NCBI GenBank assembly: GCA_963663165.1
Contig: OY760175.1
Span: 4,448,001 to 4,512,000 of the forward strand
Length of the DNA: 64,000 nucleotides
Direction: 5' to 3'
From: an uncultured Desulfospira sp.
GTDB taxonomy: Bacteria; Desulfobacterota; Desulfobacteria; Desulfobacterales; Desulfobacteraceae
Below the pieces are notes generated by a model. It did not search any database, had not been told where the DNA came from, and was given only the letters and a program-made list of their open reading frames with translations. A program made the position numbers and the translations under genes. This document shows positions 46,274 to 55,833 of the stretch, piece by piece; within the stretch, counting starts at the first letter, position 1; each line of letters opens with the position of its first letter.

Positions 46274-47905
46274 ATGTTTATAGGACACAGGAAGCTTTTC
46301 CAAAAGCTTATTCCCATCCTGATCCTGATTCCGGCACTGCTGGGATTGTCAGGATGCGGCCCCGGTCTTCCCGACCAGGTAAAACAAAAGGCCAAGGAAA
46401 TCCCCGGTGCCATAGAAAAATCGCGAACCACCCTGGAAGACCAGAGGAAAAAATTTTCTGTTCTTGTTTCCAGCCCGGATTTTAACCCCTTTGCTTCCTA
46501 TGCCCAAAAAGAGGACTGGGAGGGTAACTTTCAAAAAGCCGCCACCGGCCTTGACCGGGCAGAGACCCTTTTTAAACAGGATTTAAAGCCCCTGATCAAA
46601 CAGGACAAGCCGGAACTGTCCGGGCCCGTAACCGCCCAGACCCTGCGGATTAACAAGGTGATCAAAGAGGCTGGCCAGCAGGCCCGGTATCCCTTCGAGC
46701 GGTTTGCAAAGTTTAAAATTGCCCGGGAAAACATGGCCGGTATCCAGAAAGAGGCCCAGGACCAGGCCCGGAAAATTCAGGCCCTGGTGAACGACCTTGA
46801 AGGGACCGAAGTGGCAAAGGCCAAAACAGATTTTCCCGATGCGGTTGAAAAAATCGATGCCCGGTTTGCCCCGTTTGTGAAAATGCGCCGGGACTGCCAG
46901 GCCGCAACCAAAGCCATTGAAAAAGAGGTCAAAAACAAACAGGCCGGGCAGGCGGTTGACCTGGCGTTGTTCGTTGACAGCGCCGATGCCGTGGCAGAGG
47001 ATTATACCCTTGCAGCCGAGTCTGAAAAAAAATTCAAATCATCCATAGCCGGGCTTTACCAAAGCTATACCAAGGTCCTTCAGGATATGAAGCAGGAGTA
47101 TGCTGTGACCATCAAGCGCGAATCCTGGGATGAGCGGTCTGATTACAACACCTCCAAGATTGAGGTCTACAGACAGCCGGTGGATGCCCAGACCTTTGAG
47201 GCCCTGAATGACACCGAGCTTGACTCTATTGCATCCATTGTCCCGGGATTTTCTTCCAGCAGCCTGAAAAACCGGATCGGCCCGGCCTGGGATGCGCTGA
47301 ACATCAACCCCACAGAGCGCTGGCCTTCCGGGCATAATGCGGCCGAGTTCTGGGTTGACCAGACCGTGGTCCGCTGTTTTCACAAGTATCTTCTGGAAGA
47401 GGAAGGAAAAACCCGGGAAACCGACTGGGAAGAGGTGAACCCAAGTTTTTTTGAACAAAACTTTGAAAATTTGGGCATGGCCATTGTGTCCAAGCCTTAC
47501 GGGGTATTTGAGGAAGACTGCCTTACCCAGGCGGCCCCCCCGGGCATGGCCTATGTGGGCAACCCGGAATACGGGGAGTGGAAAACCGATAACAACGGGG
47601 ACCGCTTCTGGTCCTGGTACGGCAGATATGCCTTTTTCTCCAACCTGTTCTTTTTTCCGCCCTATTATTACTCTTACCGCTCCTGGCGGGGCTGGCATGA
47701 CAACTACCGGTATAAAAAGCCCTACTACGGCACCACGGCATCCGGGGGGAAGACGTTCGGCACCTCTGGCTCAACGGTTAAAACCTCGCCCCGGTATCAA
47801 GGTTCAACCTTTTCCAAGTCCGGCGGCTTTAAAACCAAGGCTCCGTCCGTCAGGGGGGCAAGCTCCAGGGTCCGGGGCGGCGGCCCGGGGGCAAGAGGGA
47901 AGTAG
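46274..47905 (+). CDS. Hypothetical lipoprotein with coiled-coil body and Gly/Ser/Arg-rich tail
   Basis: Lipobox LGLSGC; APPGMAYVGNPEYGEW...FWSWYGRYAFF; tail SSRVRGGGPGARGK. Confidence 0.85.
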   Translation: MFIGHRKLFQKLIPILILIPALLGLSGCGPGLPDQVKQKAKEIPGAIEKSRTTLEDQRKKFSVLVSSPDFNPFASYAQKEDWEGNFQKAATGLDRAETLFKQDLKPLIKQDKPELSGPVTAQTLRINKVIKEAGQQARYPFERFAKFKIARENMAGIQKEAQDQARKIQALVNDLEGTEVAKAKTDFPDAVEKIDARFAPFVKMRRDCQAATKAIEKEVKNKQAGQAVDLALFVDSADAVAEDYTLAAESEKKFKSSIAGLYQSYTKVLQDMKQEYAVTIKRESWDERSDYNTSKIEVYRQPVDAQTFEALNDTELDSIASIVPGFSSSSLKNRIGPAWDALNINPTERWPSGHNAAEFWVDQTVVRCFHKYLLEEEGKTRETDWEEVNPSFFEQNFENLGMAIVSKPYGVFEEDCLTQAAPPGMAYVGNPEYGEWKTDNNGDRFWSWYGRYAFFSNLFFFPPYYYSYRSWRGWHDNYRYKKPYYGTTASGGKTFGTSGSTVKTSPRYQGSTFSKSGGFKTKAPSVRGASSRVRGGGPGARGK

Positions 47906-47911
47906 GGCATT

Positions 47912-48012
47912 TAGGTGGATAGGCTGAAGACTGAAGGTCATTTTTAAGAATAGGGATTAACAACATACTTCAGCCTAAACCCCTTCAGCCTATCAGCTAA
48001 GCTTACAGCTAA
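47912..48012. repeat. Family B inverted repeat plus family A units
   Basis: taggtggataggctgaagactgaagg...cttcagcctaaaccccttcagcctatcagctaagcttacagctaa. Confidence 0.85.
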
Positions 48013-48031
48013 TTAAAAGGAGACATATATC

Positions 48032-48922
48032 ATGACGGCAGGAGGCATCTTCACAGGTCTGTTCCAGGGATTTTTCTTTTCCCTGGTCAGTATTTTTTTT
48101 ATATGGCTTGCCAAAATTGCTGATGACCGGCGGACCCGGGATTTTGATGATGATGAGCACATTGACAATGGAAACCTGGCCGTGGGCCTTCGGCGGGGCG
48201 GCCTTTATCTCGGGATTGCCCTTGGCCTGTCAGGCGCCCTTGACGGCCCTTCAGTTGGGTTTTTTACAGATACCTTCCATCTGATTGTCGACGGGGTCCT
48301 GGTGGTGGGGTTTTTGTTTTTATCCCGGTTTATCAATGACTTTCTCATGCTGGGCCATGTGTCCAATGATGAGGAGTGTGTCAGACAGTTTATTTTGGAG
48401 GACGGCCGGACCATTGTGGGAAATACGGCGGTGGGGCTGGTGGAAGCCGGCATGTATATTGCCACAGGGCTGATCCTTAAAGGCAGCCTGTCCGGCGGGG
48501 GCGGCACCTTTTTTCAGTCTCTGGGCAGTGCGGTTCTGTTTTTCATCTTAGGCCAGCTCGCCCTTTTGATTTTCGGATTTCTCTATGAACTGGCCACCCG
48601 GTTTAATATCAGGGATGAAATCAAAAAGAACAACCCGGCCGCAGGCTTAAGCCTTGGCGGCATCCTCATTGCCTTAGGGGTAATTTTAATGGGAAGCGTT
48701 TCCGGCCCGTTCCTGGGGTGGGGAGCCGACGTTGCCGGATTTTTTGTCTATACCGTATACGGCATTATCCTGCTGCTGGCATTCCGGCTGCTCATTGACC
48801 GGCTTTTGCTGCCCACCACCAATATGGCTGTTGAAATCACCGAAGACCAGAATGTTTCGGCCATGGTTGTGGTGGAATGTGCTATGACGGCGGTGGCCCT
48901 GGTGATTGCCTTTGCCATGTAA
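48032..48922 (+). CDS. DUF350 (YjfL-like) membrane protein, duplicated domain
   Basis: Repeated EHIDNGNLAVGL / GNTAVGL / DEIKKNNPAAGL / EITEDQNVSA motifs between TM helices. Confidence 0.85.
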   Translation: MTAGGIFTGLFQGFFFSLVSIFFIWLAKIADDRRTRDFDDDEHIDNGNLAVGLRRGGLYLGIALGLSGALDGPSVGFFTDTFHLIVDGVLVVGFLFLSRFINDFLMLGHVSNDEECVRQFILEDGRTIVGNTAVGLVEAGMYIATGLILKGSLSGGGGTFFQSLGSAVLFFILGQLALLIFGFLYELATRFNIRDEIKKNNPAAGLSLGGILIALGVILMGSVSGPFLGWGADVAGFFVYTVYGIILLLAFRLLIDRLLLPTTNMAVEITEDQNVSAMVVVECAMTAVALVIAFAM

Positions 48923-48924
48923 TT

Positions 48925-49010
48925 TGGGGATATGGGACTTGGGACCTGGGATGTGGGGTGCGCTGTCGGATAACCCCAAACCCCATGTCCCATATCCCAA
49001 ACCCCATGTC
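48925..49010. repeat. Family C heptamer inverted repeat (TGGGAYN)
   Basis: tggggatatgggacttgggacctgggatgtgggg...ccccaaaccccatgtcccatatcccaaaccccatgtc; right arm contains the probable speE start. Confidence 0.85.
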
Positions 49011-50706
49011 TTTTAAAGATCCTTTGACATCACCGTTTAAAAATAGATCCTTCAACTTTGCCTCTTTTCTGCTGGCCTCCTGCATGCTGGCGTCCGGGGC
49101 CTGCGGGATTATTCTGGAGTATATCCAGGCATCCCTGGCCTCCATGATCCTGGGCAATGCCTTTGAGCAGTGGGCCATGGTCATCGGGCTGATGCTGTTC
49201 TGGATGGGGTTCGGCAGCCTGATTCAAAAAAATATCCCTAAAGCCCTTTTGATTCCCGCCTTTATCGGCATTGAAACCGGGCTGGCCCTGGCCGGGGGAT
49301 TTTCCCCGACCTTGACCTATCTGTCTTACGGGTATACGGGCCATTATCCCCTGATTCTCTATTTTTTTGTCAGCCTGATCGGTATCCTCATCGGGCTTGA
49401 GATTCCGGTGATCATAAGGATCAACAACGATTATTCAACCGAGCTGTCCACCAATCTGGGCCATATCCTGAGCGCCGACTATATCGGGTCTTTGATCGGG
49501 GCCCTGGTTTATGTCTTTGTCCTGCTCCGGTTCTTTCCCATTACCGAGGGGGCGTTTCTGACCGCCGGGATCAACTTTTCCCTGGCCCTGGTGACCTTTG
49601 TCTATTTTACGAAAAAAAAGTTGATTCCGGGGGGCGGGCTTCTTTTTGTGCTGATGGCCCTGGTGTGTGCGGCCCTTGTCTTCGGGTATCACAACAGCCG
49701 ACAGTGGCAGGTCAAAAACGAACAGCCCCTTTATGATGATCCGGTGGTGTTCAGTAAAACCACCCGGTATCAGCACATTGTCATTACCCATTACAAGCCG
49801 TTGGATGAGATCCGGCTGTTTTTAAACGGCAACCTTCAGCTTTCCAGCCTGGATGAAGACCGGTACCATGAGTCGCTGGTCCACCCGGCCATGAACCTGG
49901 CCGTTGCCAAAACCAGGGTGTTGATCCTGGGCGGGGGAGACGGCTGTGCGTTACGGGAGGTCCTTAAATACCCTGAGGTCAAAGCGGTGGTCCTGGTGGA
50001 CCTTGACCCGGATATGACCCTCCTTGCCGCATCCCACCCCCTGCTGGTCCGGCTCAATGGGGGCGCATTCAAGGACAGCCGGCTGGTTTGCCTTGACGGT
50101 TCCGGAATCAGCCCGGGAGAAGATCGCAAGGTTTATGTGAATACCGGTTCCAGAAAAAAAGGAACCCTGAAGGCAAAGGAACTTGCCCGGGTCAATATCA
50201 TGAATATTGATGCGGACCGGTTTTTGTCTAAGGTGAAAGGGTTCTGGGACGTGATCATTGTGGACCTGCCCGATCCCTCCACCCCGGAGCTTGCCAAGCT
50301 TTACTCAAAGGAGTTTTATGCCAAAATCAAGCGAAAACTGGGCAAAACCGGCCTGGCCGTGATCCAGGCCACCTCCCCGTATTTTGCAAAGCAAAGCTTT
50401 CTTTGTATCGGCAGGACTCTTGAAGCCGCAGGCCTTTGTATCCTTCCCTTCCACGAAAACGTGCCCAGCTTCGGCGACTGGGGCTGGTTCCTGGCCTGGA
50501 ACCCGGTGCTGGGTGAACCCTTTGTCTCAGGCCGGATGAATCAGCTTGAAATTCCGGTTCCCACCCGGTTCATCAGCCCTGAGGTGTTTAAGCGCCAGAC
50601 GATTTTCGGCAAAGGCATGCTCAAGACCCAGGAAACATCAGTCAACACCCTGCTTTATCCGGTGCTGCTCACTTTGTACAACCATGAATCCTGGCTTACG
50701 GAATAA
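49006..50706 (+). CDS. speE: Polyamine aminopropyltransferase (spermidine synthase-like) with N-terminal membrane domain
   Basis: About 7 TM helices, then TRYQHI, LFLNGNLQ..SLDEDRYHESLVHP, LILGGGDG..LREVLK, VDLD, DVIIVDLPDP, VPSFGDWG. Confidence 0.9.
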   Translation: MSFKDPLTSPFKNRSFNFASFLLASCMLASGACGIILEYIQASLASMILGNAFEQWAMVIGLMLFWMGFGSLIQKNIPKALLIPAFIGIETGLALAGGFSPTLTYLSYGYTGHYPLILYFFVSLIGILIGLEIPVIIRINNDYSTELSTNLGHILSADYIGSLIGALVYVFVLLRFFPITEGAFLTAGINFSLALVTFVYFTKKKLIPGGGLLFVLMALVCAALVFGYHNSRQWQVKNEQPLYDDPVVFSKTTRYQHIVITHYKPLDEIRLFLNGNLQLSSLDEDRYHESLVHPAMNLAVAKTRVLILGGGDGCALREVLKYPEVKAVVLVDLDPDMTLLAASHPLLVRLNGGAFKDSRLVCLDGSGISPGEDRKVYVNTGSRKKGTLKAKELARVNIMNIDADRFLSKVKGFWDVIIVDLPDPSTPELAKLYSKEFYAKIKRKLGKTGLAVIQATSPYFAKQSFLCIGRTLEAAGLCILPFHENVPSFGDWGWFLAWNPVLGEPFVSGRMNQLEIPVPTRFISPEVFKRQTIFGKGMLKTQETSVNTLLYPVLLTLYNHESWLTE

Positions 50707-50708
50707 AA

Positions 50709-52100
50709 TTAGCCGGCCGACAGGCAGGAAAACACAGGGGCCAGATCAAAGGTTTTTGAAAAACACAGATCAAAGGCCTCCTGAAGTTGCGTCAGGGCGT
50801 TATCGTCCAGCACTCCCGAAGCAATGGCCCTGAATTTGGACTCTGTCTCTATGGGGCTCATGGGGTTTCTGGGGTCTCCTTTTGGGATCCGGACTTCTTT
50901 TTTATAAACGCTTCCGTCTTTGGCCGTCACCGCCACCCGGGACATCAGTTCCCGGTTTACCAGAGGATAAAGTTCATTGGCCTCATCCCACTGGTCAATG
51001 GTTACTTTCCGTGCCGTGGCCAGGATGCTTTCATCTGAAAGAAAATCTTCTCTGAACCAGTCGGGGCCCGGGGGAATCCGGTGCATCACCAGGGAGGCCA
51101 CATAAGGGGCACTGAACACGATATCAAAGGGCAGGCTGGGCATGGAGGTGTAATCTTGGGCCACCTCATAAAAGGTTGAGATCCGGATGCTTTGGATATC
51201 CTCAGGTGGCAGGCAGGTTTCCGATGCCACAGCGGTCAGACCGTCCAGGGTCGGATGGATATGCCGGCAGGCACAATAGGGTTTGGTGTGGACTTTAAGG
51301 GTTTTGAATTCATTCAGGGGCTGGTGGAGCTTTTCATAATCGCACCGGTCTGAAGAGGCCATAATCCAGAATCCGTCTTCCCCGTCAAAAATGGTGGTGT
51401 CGGCAATAAAGCCCTCTTTGGCCAGCATGGCGGACAACACCCCGCCGTAGGAGGTATAACCGAAGTTGTTTTTCAGCCATTGGATTTTTCCGTCAATAAA
51501 TCCCCATTTGCGCAGGGACGGCACCGTGGCATGGATGGCCGCATGGCCAAAGGCGTGGGCGGTCTGTTCCAGATCCAGGTCCATGATTTTGGCGGCAACT
51601 GCTGTGGCGCAGAAAATCTGCCAGGTATTGATCCCCCGGACCACCCGGGTTCGTTCCGGTGTGGGTTTGATCCCGTCAGAAACCCGGATCCCGATTTCGT
51701 ATCCGGCCACCACGGCTTCAATGAGTTTTTTGGCGGATATGCCTTTTTGGCAGGCCAGGGTTAAGGCCACCGGAACAATGGTTGAGCCCGGATGCCCGTC
51801 ATAGGTATCATCCATGTCCAGCACTGTGGAGAGATACGCATTGACATATACAGCGTTGAGCAGCGGCAGCTTTTTGTCGGTACCAAAGATGTCCGCGTCC
51901 CCGACCCCGCCCATGGCGCTGTACAGATTGATGACCTTTTTTCCTTGTTCCATTACCACACCGCCCAGCATGCAGCCTAAAGAATCAAAAATCAGCTCTC
52001 TGGCCTTTTCTACAACCTCCCCGGGCAGGGCATCGTACCGGATCTGCTGTGTGAGGTCCGCCAGGACATATGTGGTTCTTAATTTTTTATCCATATTCAT
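50709..52100 (-). CDS. MmgE/PrpD family protein
   Basis: LDMDDTYDGHPG, VVAGYEIG, HTKPYCACRHIH, PKGDPRNPMS. Confidence 0.9.
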   Translation of the reverse strand: MNMDKKLRTTYVLADLTQQIRYDALPGEVVEKARELIFDSLGCMLGGVVMEQGKKVINLYSAMGGVGDADIFGTDKKLPLLNAVYVNAYLSTVLDMDDTYDGHPGSTIVPVALTLACQKGISAKKLIEAVVAGYEIGIRVSDGIKPTPERTRVVRGINTWQIFCATAVAAKIMDLDLEQTAHAFGHAAIHATVPSLRKWGFIDGKIQWLKNNFGYTSYGGVLSAMLAKEGFIADTTIFDGEDGFWIMASSDRCDYEKLHQPLNEFKTLKVHTKPYCACRHIHPTLDGLTAVASETCLPPEDIQSIRISTFYEVAQDYTSMPSLPFDIVFSAPYVASLVMHRIPPGPDWFREDFLSDESILATARKVTIDQWDEANELYPLVNRELMSRVAVTAKDGSVYKKEVRIPKGDPRNPMSPIETESKFRAIASGVLDDNALTQLQEAFDLCFSKTFDLAPVFSCLSAG

Positions 52101-52120
52101 ACCTCAATTCTAACCATAAA

Positions 52121-52146
52121 CAGCAGGGAGGCTTCCCTCCCTGCTG
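52121..52146. terminator. Intercistronic hairpin (mRNA stabiliser or partial terminator)
   Basis: cagcagggagg-cttc-cctccctgctg after the binding-protein gene. Confidence 0.6.
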
Positions 52147-52181
52147 CATAGCATGGTCAATTCAAGACGTTAAACCCGCAT

Positions 52182-53407
52182 CTAACGGTCTTTCCAGGCC
52201 GGGATGGGATATTTGACCTGGCCTGTGGCCACGGCTTCAGGATAGAGCAGCACAATATTGGGCTTGCCGTCCACTTTCTGAACCTGGGTGACGATAAAGG
52301 GCATCTGAAGCTGTTTGCCCGCATCATCGATTTCATAGGGGCCGGTCATAACGGTCACCTTGTTGGACAGATCCAGGGCAGCCTTTTTCAGGGCGGCGCC
52401 CTCAAGGGAATCGGCGGTTTCGATGAATTTTTCAAGCAGGACACCGGCACCGTAAGCCAGAGAGCTCTGGAAGTCCGGGGGATTCTCGGCTTTGGGATAG
52501 GTTTCGTTGAACACTTTTTCAAATTCAATCCGGGTCAGGCCGGCGTTGACCTTCCAGTTCAGGCTGTTGTGGTAAAGGGTGTGGCCGAAGATGTAAAGGC
52601 CGTCGTCCCCCTGGTCAAACCATTGGGGCATGCCCGAGTACACCATGTAAACATAGGGGAACATGAGGTTGGCCTCTTTCATCTGACGGACCATAATTTT
52701 CTGGTCATCCATATAGGCAGAGGCATAGAACGCATCCGGTTTGGAAATGCGGACCTTCTGGAGGAGGATGGAAAAGTCCTTGGTTCCCGGAGAGAATTTT
52801 TCATACATGACCACTTCAATGCCCTGTTCTTCGGCCAGCCGTTTGGCATGCTTGGCCAGACCGGAGGGGAAGGGCTCGTCCACATAGACAATGGCCAGTT
52901 TCTTGACTCCCAAAGCGGCCATGTGATCCACTTCGGGTTTGGGCATCAGGGAAACCGGGGCTTCCGTAGCCGAAACAACGGTCTTGTAGCCCTGCTCATA
53001 AATGGCGTCTGATGCGGCAGACCAGATCACCAGCATTTTGCCGTATTTTTCCGTAATGGCGGCTGCCGCACCGGTCAGGGTGGAACCAAAGGGGGCAAAG
53101 CAGATGTCCACCTTGTCCTCGTTAATCAGCTTTTCATAGAGCTTGACAACGGTTTCCTTGTCGCTTCGGTCATCGTAATAGACCAGTTTTACCGGCAGCT
53201 TTTTCCCGTCAAGGGTGATGCCGCCGTTTTGTTGACCTGGTCCGCCCAGATGGAAACCCCTTTGAATCCCTGGGAAGAGGCAAAGGTATACTTGCCGCTG
53301 GTGGAAACGGTCAAACCGATTTTAATTACATCTTTGGCATAGGCAGAGCCTGAAAAACTCAGGGCCAGCAAGGCCAGTACAATTAACGCCAATGATTTTT
53401 TCTTCAT
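52182..53407 (-). pseudogene. LIV-type ABC substrate-binding protein with a single frameshift
   Basis: Signal peptide and IKIGLTVSTSGKY from ATG 53407 join GGITLDGKKLPVKLVYYDDRSD...APFGS in another frame; adding one A to the 4-A run at 53227-53230 restores one ORF. Confidence 0.85.
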
Positions 53408-53488
53408 GGATAGATCCTCCTTAAAAATAGCTACTTTATAGATTAGACGGAACATTGAGGGGCACAAAGCCGGTCCGGACATGACGTG

Positions 53489-54205
53489 TTAATCCAGCCA
53501 TCCTTTGATCATCTCTTTAAGTCCGCTGTCAAACGCTTCTTTGGTGCCTGTGACCTTGTTTTGTCCAAGCTCCAGGACACAGATGGTATCGGAGATGTCA
53601 AAGGCCTGGCGGATCCGCTGATCCACCATGACAATGGTCATCTCCTCTTTTTTTAAATCAAGGATGGTCGAATAGATCTCCTTGGCAATACTCGGGGCCA
53701 GGGTGGCCGTGGGCTCATCGAAAAGACAGATTTCAGGGTCCGTAAGCAAAGACCTGCCGATTTCAAGGATCTTCTGCTGGCCCCCGCTTAATAGCCCGGC
53801 CCGGTCCTTTCTTTTTTGGTACAGGATGGGGAACCGGTCCCAGACCTTTTCAATGGCGAGGTTCACCCGTTTTTTGTCCTTTTTAAATATCCAGGTGCCC
53901 AGCTCCAGGTTCTCCTTGACCGTCAGTTCCGGAAAAATGGAGCGCAGCTGGGGCACATAGGTCACCCCAAGGCCGATGAACTCGTGAACTTTTCTTCGGG
54001 TAACGTCTTCATTGTTGAGCAGGACAGATCCTTTTTTGGGCTTTAACAGGCCGTAAAGGGATTTTAAAAGGGTGGATTTTCCGGCCCCGTTGGGACCGAT
54101 AATGGTGGTGATCTGCCCTTTTTCCGCCTTTAAGGAAACGTTTTTTAAAATTTCAATGTCCCCATGGTAGGACACGGTGATCTCTTTGGCTTCAAGCAGT
54201 GTCAT
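53489..54205 (-). CDS. Branched-chain amino-acid-type ABC ATPase (LivF-like)
   Basis: GPNGAGKST, LSGGQQK, FDEPT. Confidence 0.92.
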   Translation of the reverse strand: MTLLEAKEITVSYHGDIEILKNVSLKAEKGQITTIIGPNGAGKSTLLKSLYGLLKPKKGSVLLNNEDVTRRKVHEFIGLGVTYVPQLRSIFPELTVKENLELGTWIFKKDKKRVNLAIEKVWDRFPILYQKRKDRAGLLSGGQQKILEIGRSLLTDPEICLFDEPTATLAPSIAKEIYSTILDLKKEEMTIVMVDQRIRQAFDISDTICVLELGQNKVTGTKEAFDSGLKEMIKGWLD

Positions 54206-54207
54206 GG

Positions 54208-54930
54208 CTAGTTTCCCAGATAGGCCTCAATGACCTGGTCGTTGTTCTTGATGTCGTCCTGGCTTCCCTTGGCAATGATTTTGCCTAAGTCAAAAACGAT
54301 GATTTCATCGGACAGGGTATAAACGGACTTCATATCATGGCTGATGAGAATAAAGGTTTTTCCCATGTCCTTGAGGGCCAGGATCTCATTGTAAAATAAA
54401 GATTTCAGCTCCGGATGGACCCCGGCAAAGGGCTCGTCCAGAAGAACGAGGTCCGCATCCATGATCCAGACCCGCAACAGTTCGATGAGCTTTTGCTGGC
54501 CCCCGGACAATTCACCGCCCAGGCTGTCCTTTTTGTCGGCCATGCCCACCCGTTCCAGCAGGGCCAGGGCCTGTTCCCTCAAATCCGTCATATCGGTGGG
54601 GGAATCCAGGACCGGTGCCAGGATATTGTCAATAACGGAAATCTTCTGGAACATCCGGGCCACCTGAAAGGTCCGGCTGATGCCCATCCGGGCGATCTCG
54701 TGGACCTTTTTGCCGGTAATTTCCCGGCCGTTAAACCGTATGGTCCCTTTTTCCGGGGTGTAGATGCCGTTGATACAGTTCAAAAAGGTTGTTTTGCCCG
54801 ATCCGTTGGGACCGATGATGGAAACCACGGAATTTTCAGGTACGGATAGGGAGATATCCTCCAGGGCTTTATTGCCGCCAAAGGATTTTTCAATGTGTTC
54901 CGCTTCAATCAGGTTGTTCATTTTTTTCAC
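54208..54930 (-). CDS. Branched-chain amino-acid-type ABC ATPase (LivG-like)
   Basis: GPNGSGKTT, SRTFQ, LDEPFAGV, VIEAYLG. Confidence 0.92.
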   Translation of the reverse strand: MKKMNNLIEAEHIEKSFGGNKALEDISLSVPENSVVSIIGPNGSGKTTFLNCINGIYTPEKGTIRFNGREITGKKVHEIARMGISRTFQVARMFQKISVIDNILAPVLDSPTDMTDLREQALALLERVGMADKKDSLGGELSGGQQKLIELLRVWIMDADLVLLDEPFAGVHPELKSLFYNEILALKDMGKTFILISHDMKSVYTLSDEIIVFDLGKIIAKGSQDDIKNNDQVIEAYLGN

Positions 54931-54931
54931 C

Positions 54932-55816
54932 TTAAATCCGGGTGGATACCTTGCCTAACAGGCCCTGGGGGCGAACCATGACCATGAATATCAAAATAAC
55001 AAACCCCACCACGGGAGACAGGGCCACGGGCATGAACACGGAGCTTAAACTTTCGGCCACCCCGTAAATCAGGCCGCCTAAAAGGGCGCCAAGGGGGGTG
55101 CCAAGGCCTCCCAAAACGATGACCAGAAAGGCAATGGTGGTATAGAACTGCCCCTGGACCGGGGTGATGACCGGAAAGCTTAAAGTGATCAGGCATCCGG
55201 TGATGGCCACAATGGCCAGGCCGGCCCCGAACACCAGGGCCGACACCCGTTTAACGTCAATCCCCAAAATGGAGACCGCTTCCCGGTTTTCGATAATGGC
55301 CCGCACCGCCTTTCCCATGGAGGTCCGGTACAAAAACAGGGTCAGCAGGATGATGACCAGAATGCAGATGCCCGCCGAAATCAGCCGTCCCATGGGCAGG
55401 AAAATGGGACCGATAAAAACCGATACCCGTTCAAAAGGAAAGGGGATGCTTCTTGGGTCGGCTTCCCAGATCTGGAGGATCAGGGCCGTGATGATCAGGG
55501 AAACCCCGAAAAAAACCAGAAACGAGGCCACCTCAGGATCATCGGACCGCTGAATCCGTTCATATAAAAACGAGTGCAGGACAAACCCCAGCAGGAAAAA
55601 AACCGGGATCACGATAAAAATGCTCTGGAGGGCGTTGAGCCCGAATCCCTTGCTCAGGGCATAGGCCAGGTATGCGCCCAGCATCATGAATTCCCCATGG
55701 GCAAAGTTAACGATGCGCATGACCCCGTAAAGGATATTCATGCCGATGCCCACAAGCCCGTAGATTAACCCCATCAATATACCGGAGGCCAGTGCCATGA
55801 GAATTAATTCCTTCAT
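54932..55816 (-). CDS. LivH-like ABC permease
   Basis: YGVMRIVNFAHGEF, GKAVRA, IVLGGLG, RPQGLLG. Confidence 0.92.
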   Translation of the reverse strand: MKELILMALASGILMGLIYGLVGIGMNILYGVMRIVNFAHGEFMMLGAYLAYALSKGFGLNALQSIFIVIPVFFLLGFVLHSFLYERIQRSDDPEVASFLVFFGVSLIITALILQIWEADPRSIPFPFERVSVFIGPIFLPMGRLISAGICILVIILLTLFLYRTSMGKAVRAIIENREAVSILGIDVKRVSALVFGAGLAIVAITGCLITLSFPVITPVQGQFYTTIAFLVIVLGGLGTPLGALLGGLIYGVAESLSSVFMPVALSPVVGFVILIFMVMVRPQGLLGKVSTRI

Positions 55817-55833
55817 TTGTATTTTCCTCCAGG

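Noticed and set aside
48877..49005. N-terminal extension of speE in the track
   Set aside because: It translates the end of the DUF350 gene and the family C repeat
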